Positions 54,991 to 63,677 of a DNA stretch of 63,677 nucleotides are shown piece by piece (the first letter of the stretch is position 1; each line of letters opens with the position of its first letter). The position numbers and the translations under genes were made by a program. The DNA comes from Lama glama. Its lineage: Eukaryota. The notes under the pieces were generated by a model. That model was given only the letters and a program-made list of their open reading frames with translations. It was not told the DNA's origin and did not search any database. The stretch is taken from positions 93,560,001 through 93,623,677 of the forward strand of contig CM052816.1 of assembly GCA_028534125.1 (NCBI GenBank), written 5' to 3'.

Positions 54991-55855
54991 CCATGAAAGG
55001 GTGGTGGGGAGATTCTAAGATGGGTCTGATTATTTCTGCCTCCCAGTACTCACAGCCCTGGGTGTTTTTCTCTCCTTGAGTGTGGGCAGGGTGACTATGC
55101 TACATGATATTGTAAAGTCAGTCTTGTTAGGAGACTCTCTCCCTTGATAGTTTAGATAAAACTGGTGGACATATTATTCATTGTTTGAGATGTCTAATTT
55201 TTTTCTTATATTTTCCATTTCTATTTTTTAGAGTTTCTATGTCTCTTCTCAAAGTCCAAATCTCTTTACCCGGTAATCCCATAGTTTTCGGAAAAATTCA
55301 TTAACATGTTAATCATAGTTTGTTTGTATCCTTTATCTGATAATTCCAAAATCTTGATTTTTCTAAGTCTGTTTCATGTCACGTTTTCCTGTGGGTTTTA
55401 TAAATACATCCTTTATTCTTTTTGCCTGTATGTAGGAAATTATGGATGATACATTTCTAGACTCTGGTATTTGTTATCTTTTTTTAAAGAGTTTTAAATT
55501 TTTGTCCTAGAAGGCAATTAAGCTGCTGGTGATTAAGTGGAGTTTGTGGCATTTTGATCTTTAGATTTTTAAAAAGTGAATCTACTTCCATTTTTATCTT
55601 ATATCTTGGACAAATACCTTAGGTTTTAGAATGTAGTGCTTAATCTTAAGCCCTAACCCTTCTTAGATTTGAATATAGAGCACAAAATATTTATTAATTC
55701 CCTCTTACTTAGCAGGATTAAACTCCAAAATCTGTCTTCTTAGTCCTAAGCAGCTGCTGAAATATATTATCATGTCATTCAGCCTTATAGCTATAGTCTT
55801 CCTGTGAGTTCTTTGGATAATTGGAGTTTAAGTACCAGCTAAGGATTTCAGGTAG

Positions 55856-55883
55856 TTTGTGTGTGAGTGTGTATATATATACA

Positions 55884-55916
<33 letters not shown>

Positions 55917-55917
55917 C
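55856..55917. repeat. Compound (TG)/(TA)/(CA)n microsatellite
   Basis: Direct dinucleotide runs. Confidence 0.9.
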
Positions 55918-56713
55918 CCTAATCATTTCCATATGGCTTTCTTCTTTCCATTGTTTCCTCCTGTGACTCCCTCTCTGGAACTCTAAATTATAATTAGTGC
56001 AATCACTGAGCCCTGAGTCTAATAATAACAATTTCTACTTGCACCATGCAAGTAAGTGGATTATTTAAATCAATGCATTTTATAGTGTTTGTTCACCAAT
56101 ACAACAGACAACTGTTCAAGACAAATTGTTTTAATGTGGAAGAACAGATTAGACATTTATATTCTAGAAACCTTATTTGTTTTTTTTGTATGTATAGCCT
56201 CTTCTCCACCCAATTTCCCACTGAATATCAATGACTAAATAAAGATAAGTGTTGTCCTAAACAAAAATACATCTTATTTGGTATTATTTCTTGTATGTAT
56301 TATAATACTTATTTTTAACTCAGTCACTCTATTCCCTATAAACTTTCTTCAATGAAGTATGACAATTGATATAATGTGGGACAATAAATACTTACTTTAT
56401 CATTTAGTAAACCACCTACATAGTCAAAGATTCCTAAAATTTATATAGTTCACAGGAAAATCTCAGAGCGCAGAAATCAAATTCACAGCTTATAAAAGAT
56501 CCAGATTCTTCCTTCCCATTGTTCCCTGTCCCCCAAATGATCTGATTCTTTGTCCATTGCAAAAATACATCCTGTAATATTTTACAGGTCTGCCTCGAAA
56601 TGGAAGTCTTTAATGTCTTTAAATGTGGATTTTTAAATTTTTTAAATCATCAAAATATGATTTATGACAGCCAGAATGAACCGTGCACACACCAATGTCA
56701 AGTGGATTCTTAC

Positions 56714-56754
56714 TACATCTAATGAAACTTCAACTGTGATCCCAATTGACTTCC
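56714..56754 (-). CDS. Predicted 41-nt coding exon
   Basis: Branch-like gctaac then acaacag|GG; donor GTA|gtaaga; reads (G)KSIGITVEVSLDV, in the frame of track ORF 56642-56836. Confidence 0.55.
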
Positions 56755-57262
56755 CTGTTGTGTTAGCAAGTAGAAAACTATTCTGAATATTTTCTCTGTC
56801 TCTTTTGTTGTTTACAAAGTACTTCTGATAATGCACTTCTCTCTGAATTTACTAAATTAGCATGTTGTACTTATACCAACTAGTTTACTACCCTTTAACC
56901 CTCCTCTCTTAACAGTCAGTGCTGCCCAATTAACATTTCCTCTCTGTTTTCTATGCTTGGGCTAGGACAGTGCATTTTGACTAGTGGTCAATGAGAATAC
57001 TTGCTTGTTTTTATATCAGTGATTCCCAGATTTAGTCCATGACCTTCCACCATAACTTTGTGATCATGTTTGTTTCCTTGACAACAGTTTTCTGTTACTC
57101 TGAAACTCCTACTCTCCTCTCATCTATTTTTATGCTCCTGTTTAAAATTTATAAATCATGTTTATTAGCTAGTTTGTGTTATTTCTTTAGTGAAGTTCAG
57201 CTTCTTGGCCTGGACTTGTAGTAGACTTTGTTAGGGATGAAAATAATGAAAAGATTACTTAC

Positions 57263-57288
57263 CGTAACTCACAGAGTAGTCAAATGTC
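57263..57288 (-). CDS. Predicted 26-nt coding micro-exon
   Basis: Strong donor ACG|gtaagt; weak purine-rich acceptor ggaataaag|G; reads (E)TFDYSVSY(G) and keeps frame on both sides. Confidence 0.45.
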
Positions 57289-57369
57289 CTTTATTCCAAT
57301 TTGTTACAAATATATGCAGACATACGTAGTGACTACATAGCCTAAATGTGAGGCTCCATCTTTACTTAC

Positions 57370-57386
57370 TCTCCACAGCACGACAT
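57370..57386 (-). CDS. Predicted first coding segment MSCCG(E); exon 57370-57439 including 5' UTR
   Basis: gaaaATGT with A at -3, in-frame TAA 15 nt upstream, donor AGA|gtaagt, acceptor atgctatacag| at 57439. Confidence 0.5.
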
Positions 57387-58764
57387 TTTCTTCCAGTTTT
57401 AAAAAGTGGAGCTTTCTTTCAAATTCTTATTTCAAAAATCTGTATAGCATTTTGATCTTTGGTAAAGATGAATAAAAAGTACATACTTTGTATATATATA
57501 TAATTTTATGACTTAATTAACTCTAGAGAACATTGTGCTGGCTTTAACAAATACCTGATACTTTGACTCTTGTAATGAATGTATTTTGCTCCCTGGAAAT
57601 TTCTTAATTATTAGCCTACATATCTCCTACATATTAGAGTCAGGGAGAAAATCTGCTAAAAATGGAAGGCATAGATTTTTGCTGAAAATAGATTTAAATA
57701 ATATATGTATGTTCCCAATATACAGTGATATCAACAAAAAATATGACAAAATTAGCACTGAAATATTGTCATAAAAGTAAGTGAATAGATGAGATTCACA
57801 ATACGGAGAGTAAAATAAAAATGATGATGACAATGATGATAAAATTATGACAGTAATGTTGATGTAAATTTGAGCCAAGATGAATTCATCCTTCAGAAAG
57901 CAAATGGATATTGAAGTATATTTTTGGAAGCCATCTTTTTCTCAGTTGAACATTGAAGTAATTATTTTACCTCCCTGAAGAAACAGTTATTTTTAGATTT
58001 CAGTATAGTTGGTAAAGGACCCAACTCCTGTAGTTCTCTTTTTTTCCTGAGACACCATCATGGCAAGTAAATGGAAGAACGCCAGTGATGCTAGTGCTGG
58101 TCTGAAGGCTACATAGTGAAGTCTAAAATTCAAGAATTCTAACCTCTGATGAGTGATTGCTTTTATGATCTTAAACTTGTCACTTACATCTTTTTTTATC
58201 TTTTATCCTCACACTGAGCTATTCATGATTCCAATCACACTTGCCTATTTCATTGTAGCTCCAGAAGATTAATTGCTAAATGTCTGCCTAGAGCTTGGGA
58301 GAAAAAAATAAATTAATAAAGAGAAGCTGCCAAAAATGTTGCACTGTCAATTTTTTAAAACATCAGAATAACTGGTAGGCTTTTCCACACATTTTCAGCT
58401 GTCAAAATCTTACTCGTTTAATCTTTCTAAAGCTAGCTTAAATTTTACCCTTTTTTGGTGGAATTTTCCCTTGTCTTCCATCAGAATAAATCAATGGCTT
58501 TTCCTCAACATTCTCCAAAACTTTGTTTTCACTTTTGTTGCAAAACTGCTTACAGGTTTTTTTTTGTACCACAGCTGTGTATGTGTCTGTACACAAACTC
58601 TATTTAAAATATCATTTTAAGGTCTGCTATTGAACAAATAGAAAATACCAAAACATCCTAGGTCACATTTAGAACTCTAGTTTTGTTTATTGTTTTATAA
58701 ATCTCATAAACTAACTAAATAAAGGTCTCTCTTGTTGTAACGTTATCAGAGATGCATACCTTAC

Positions 58765-58835
58765 CTCCGCGTACAGCAAAGTGGAGTGAGCTAGACTGAG
58801 GAAAACATCTGGCAAAATACCAAACAACAATAAAG
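58765..58835 (-). other. Candidate upstream non-coding exon
   Basis: Strong donor GAG|gtaagg; acceptor cttttatttcag| (alternative ttttgccag| at 58808); could instead be a first exon. Confidence 0.45.
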
Positions 58836-61800
58836 CTGAAATAAAAGCAATCATCATTTGTGACTGAGGAGGCAAAGATGGCCTTGTGTCGACATTGCCT
58901 AGGGAGTGAAGATATTCTACCAAATCTATTATTTCATCGCCTATCCTAGGGTGACTGAATTTAGCAAAAATAGCAAATGGGGAAAATGAGATTTATAAAT
59001 TATTAAAATAAGTACATATGAATGATTATTCAAAGTCATACCTAGGACTTTTCTGCTTCCTTATCACAGAGACATTACGAGATAGTGTTGCTCTTCCTTA
59101 TGTTTCTGCCCCTCCACCTCTCCATTTTAAATTCTGTGAAAATTCTTTTTTCTCCAAATTAGTCTTTTCCAAATCTACACAGACCTACTACCTATTTCAG
59201 AGGTCCTTCCCAATATAGTAATGTTAAAGGATGTTGGATGGTGATTGGGAATATTACTTTTATTAATTATTAACTAAGGTTTTCTTCATCCATCCTTTAG
59301 CATGTGAAGAGTATAAGTAAGGAAATCCGTAACTCTCTAAAGTGTGTCATTTAAATACTCAGATTGAGGTATCAGCTTTTTCAATGTGAAATCTTTTATT
59401 CAACATCAATGTCCTAACGTTGCAAATTAACTTATACTAATAATTTTGTTCACATAAGAATAAAGGAAACAAAAGCTAGTAAGTCACAGGCATGACATTA
59501 AACTCTTAGCCCTCTGATAGGAAATTAAGAACGTTAAGAATGAATTATTGCCCAATATTGAAAAGGAAGACATGCTAATAATGTTTAGATATTTTCATAT
59601 GTAATTGTTGGCAAAGAGTCCCTTTCCTCCATGGAGAAATACTGTAATGTATTTATCTAGTCCAATCTGCTTTGACAGATTCTCTAAGTTTATTGATCAC
59701 ATTATGTTTTTATATGAAAGAAAATGCAGCATATAATATATTTGTGGAAAGACGTTTGTTCAATATTGTAAACTTTTTCATAGAAGACAGAAAATTTAAA
59801 TGAATTTCATTCAAGTAAGAATTACTAGCAGCTAAAGTTAGATGCATTCATTGAATCTATTTAAGTCAAATAGAAAAGAATCCCATATTATCAGTAACTA
59901 AGAGGGGAAGTTTGAGAAGCCCACAAATATAAATTGTTATTAAATAAATGGATGTCCAAATGAGATGCTTAGTAAAGGAAAGTGATGCCATAAAAGCTGA
60001 TTTTATGTTTAGGAGGAGACACAGCCACTTGTGGTGGTGTTCCTTTGTTTCATATAAGGTGCTACCACTCTACCATGAAATTTTTTTATTTTATTTTGAC
60101 AAAACTTTGAAGTGGTTGTCCTTGGAATTCATAAAACCCTATGAAGCATGAGTTTGGGGTAACTTAGTTTGTATTTAATCAAGTGAAACAAATGGAAAAC
60201 TTATCCTGATTCACATAGCTCAAGGAAAATCCTACAACCAGTAGAATTAACATTTTATTTTTTATATAGACTCAGTGCTTTGTTAGCTTTATGCAAAAGT
60301 CTATTTCATAATCAGTTGATTCATACTTCTGTTCGTTTTGCACACTATCGTACCAAAGAATATTTCCTCCATCACTTCTGATTTAAAAAACAACTATATG
60401 GGTTATCACATAAAACATATATCACATTAATTTTGGCTTTCCGGGTTTGTATTTGCCCTAAGAAAGCAAATGAAGAATTGATTATTCATATAACTTAGGA
60501 AAATTCTATAATCAGTAGAAAATCAATAAGGATAACAATCTTTTACAAGTATATTTTCATGTTTACGGTCTACATTGGTCATTCGTACTTTTCTGAACCT
60601 GACCAAGTGGCATATGTTTAAATAATGGTAATTTGTTTGACAATTATAAACATCTACTTTAGAGTATAGGTTTGCTTTGGATTGTATGTGGGGTGGAGGT
60701 GATATTTTGATAGCATTTTAAGCACCTTATTGTATCTTCATCACAATGAATTTTGCCCTTTCTCCCGAGTCCATCCACATTTCTCAAAGAGCAATGCTCA
60801 TTACTCCTGCTGTCTCCCACTCTCCTGCCTCTAAGGTGTTTCCTTCACCTCTTATCCCAACCCTCACATCTCTCCACTTAAACCTATCAGTTTGTTTGGG
60901 CATAAACATCTATTTTCAACATTATCTCACCCATCCCATTCCTATATCTATATAGAATATTCATAGTTATGCTTTGGTAAATTTTCTGTTAATGCTGCTA
61001 CCATATAATCTCCCAAGTAACAACCCTTCTCACATGTACATGCTCCGAAGTTATCTAAATCTCTCTCCTTTTCCTTGTAATTGATAGCATCTTGTCCTTT
61101 CTCTGTGAAACTCAACTTTCTTTTCTATTCTTATCCAAAGTAGAGTCAGGGTGGTGAACTCACTGTTGTCAATAAAAGTCAAGGAAATGAGTCAAAGATG
61201 AACCATGCAAACACAGGCTAATTATGACCTGCCATTGCAGAAGTCAGGTTTTGTTTCTTTTTATAGTGTGGGTGCACACTGTGCATGTACTCATGTTGAT
61301 GTCAGTAAAAATCTTACCTAAGAGAGGCACAATAATTTTAGTGAATACACACCTATATTGGTTTATCTAGAATGATCAAGGGAGGAATATATTCTAGAAA
61401 ATATAGAAGTAAAATAAACTTAACACGAAAGCATTTTAACATAAATAAACATAAAGCAAGTTGGGAAAAAATCAGAGTGATTATTTGCCAACCTATATTT
61501 TCCAGAAATTATTAGGCTGCCACGTGAAGGACATCCCAAATAAATTAAACAAATTATGCATTAAATATTCAGATGCCATTACAGCTGAATTACTCAAAAC
61601 CTTTAGTATGCTGGTTAGTGTGACTGAATATCTAAGATAAGGTGCAAAACTGTATTTATGAAATTTATTTGCTCATGGAATCCTATTCTTTGGAAAATAT
61701 GCCATAGGATTTATGTCCCTTAAAATACACGTTTTGGATTTCTAATTCAATTAATTCGTGTTAAAAGATGTCTGTTTAAGTCCAGGCAGTCATTATAAAT

Positions 61801-62914
61801 GCTGAGTTTCATTTCTTAAAATGGGAACTTTCCTTATTGCAAAACTTCAGATTAAGAATTGTAGCCTGCTTTTTAAAAAAAATTTTAGCCCTTTTCTATC
61901 TACTTCCCTTGAAAAGAAAAATAAAGGAATATAAAGAAAAGATAGGTTGTAAACATTGATTTGGAAGAAACCATTTCTTATTATAATGACTTAAGCTAAA
62001 ATTATACACATGCCAGCCATGGTTGAAATACTAGGCAGAAATGATACATCAGCGTCTGAATTTACTTCTAAAATATAGAGTATAAAATTCACCATAAATC
62101 CTGCTTTGATCTCAAGCGTATTGACCTCGGCTGTCTTAACGTAAAAAGTTTTATTGTAAATCTCAGGAAAAGTCAGTTTACTTGAAACATATTCATGTAA
62201 AATTCACCTCATTGTCAATGTCATCCTTATTCAATTTAAACACTTTTTCCAGTTAAATGGCTTATTTCAACATCAACAGTGACAAAGGCAAATAACAGAA
62301 AATAAGTCTTGAGAGAGAGGAGTTTCATGTGAATATAAATGGAAGTGTATAAAGCATAGCAAACTGTTTGACTTTTCTAGGTGAAATGGACTTGAAGTAC
62401 TGAGCATCAAAACCAACATAATTTGGGAAGATATAAAAAGAACAAATGAAACTGAGGTAAATATACTTACAATAATTTATTTTGTTTTCCAAAATATTAT
62501 ATTACTCCTGAGATTTCTTTGTGGATATTCAAAATCAAATTAATATTATTGGATTCCATATTTGTTACTTTCTATAGTTGCAAGTAAATTGTATTTATTT
62601 TGCATTCACAGAATGCTATACATCACATTGTGCACTTTTTGCCATTAATACTCTCTTATAAATAATAGCAAAGATAACATCCATTTTGAGATATATTTCC
62701 ATTAAGTGATGAGGGTATGTGTTTACTTATTTGTACTTGAAACTTGATTTCATTGTGACTACTAATATGAATTTTCATGTTGATGAATTAGTTTTCAGAG
62801 TGAAATTCTGCTAAAGCTATTTGGTGTTCATAGAGGTCTAACTTATAACCTTGGTCTTATTATGATAATGCTTTCTATATTCAAAATTATATGTATTTAG
62901 TTATTTAATTATGA

Positions 62915-63420
62915 TTAATTCATTCATTTATTCACTCATGTTTGCTAAATACCTACTATATGCTAGTCAATGAAGAGAGACAAGGCTTCTACTCAATGTA
63001 CACTGCTTTTATTGTGTGTGAGAGTTTTTAGCTATCAACAAAATTTTTTAAAACATGAATATACATTATTACTCTGTAGAGTATAAAAACAAGCCAATAG
63101 ACTAGCACTTGGCTGAGTGGCTACTTTAGACTGAGGTAAGCACCTTGAGGAAGAGATTGAAATATAAGAAGATGCCAGCCCATGAGGGAATCAGGGGGGG
63201 TTGCTTTGTGAGCAGAAGGAAATGTTAAAGCAGGACTAGGCTTATAGTTTGAAAAAAATAGCAAAAGACTCTATGCTTTTAAAACTTTGGGCCAAGGGAG
63301 GATATTAAGGGGTAAGATTGGCAAGGTATTTGGGACCAATTTAGGTGGAGATTGGCAGGTTAGAGTAAATGCTTAGAAATGATTCTAAGCCCTGTGGGAA
63401 GCTACTGCATGTCTTTATTC
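62915..63420. mobile_element. L2 LINE 3' fragment
   Basis: 'cattcatttattcactcatg...aaatacctactatatgctag' and downstream 'gcagaaggaaatg...gattctaag...gggaagctactgca'. Confidence 0.7.
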
Positions 63421-63677
63421 AGATGTACAGCATGGATGGACTGCATCTACCGTGTAACTTTATTGTTCAAAGACAGTCATCAAGTTTGATTTTTATCATC
63501 ATATTCCAAAAGGTACTTATTAGAATCACCTGTATTATTTTCTGATATTTCCTCCTTTTGTTAAGAGTTACAGTGATGATTTATGTATGTATAGCATTTA
63601 TATTTCATGGATATTTTCAAATATAATTCTTTGTATGATCTCCATAATGTCCCTTCAGAGTATGTTGAGAGGTGATA

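Noticed and set aside
1..63677. CRISPR arrays, operons or other prokaryotic systems
   Set aside because: The sequence is clearly mammalian and no regularly spaced repeat-spacer array was seen.

Overview
AT-rich mammalian genomic DNA, most likely camelid (alpaca/camel), judged from tRNA-derived SINEs of the Vic-1 type and camelid-like young L1 3' ends. The window has two 500-N assembly gaps and is dominated by transposon relics: MaLR/ERVL LTRs, a decayed ERVL pol region with a nested MLT1A element, L1, L2, MIR and hAT DNA elements. None of the listed single-exon ORFs looks like a real gene on its own. Reading splice signals on the minus strand gives a phase-consistent five-coding-exon gene model (57386 to 43393) with an upstream candidate non-coding exon and an AATAAA about 85 nt after the stop. 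It would encode a 115-aa protein I do not recognise (MSCCGETFDYSVSYGKSIGITVEVSLDVDEHDKTSLPSPATSSSHDPPPLAPAHLPFGRGFPPQELFGWVNKDFYIQARSKQAIMGFPNKLEKEILADIHKERKLEDKKCCKSEF). This is the main candidate discovery. Repeat subfamily names come from recalled consensus sequences and their boundaries are approximate unless a target-site duplication (TSD) is given.
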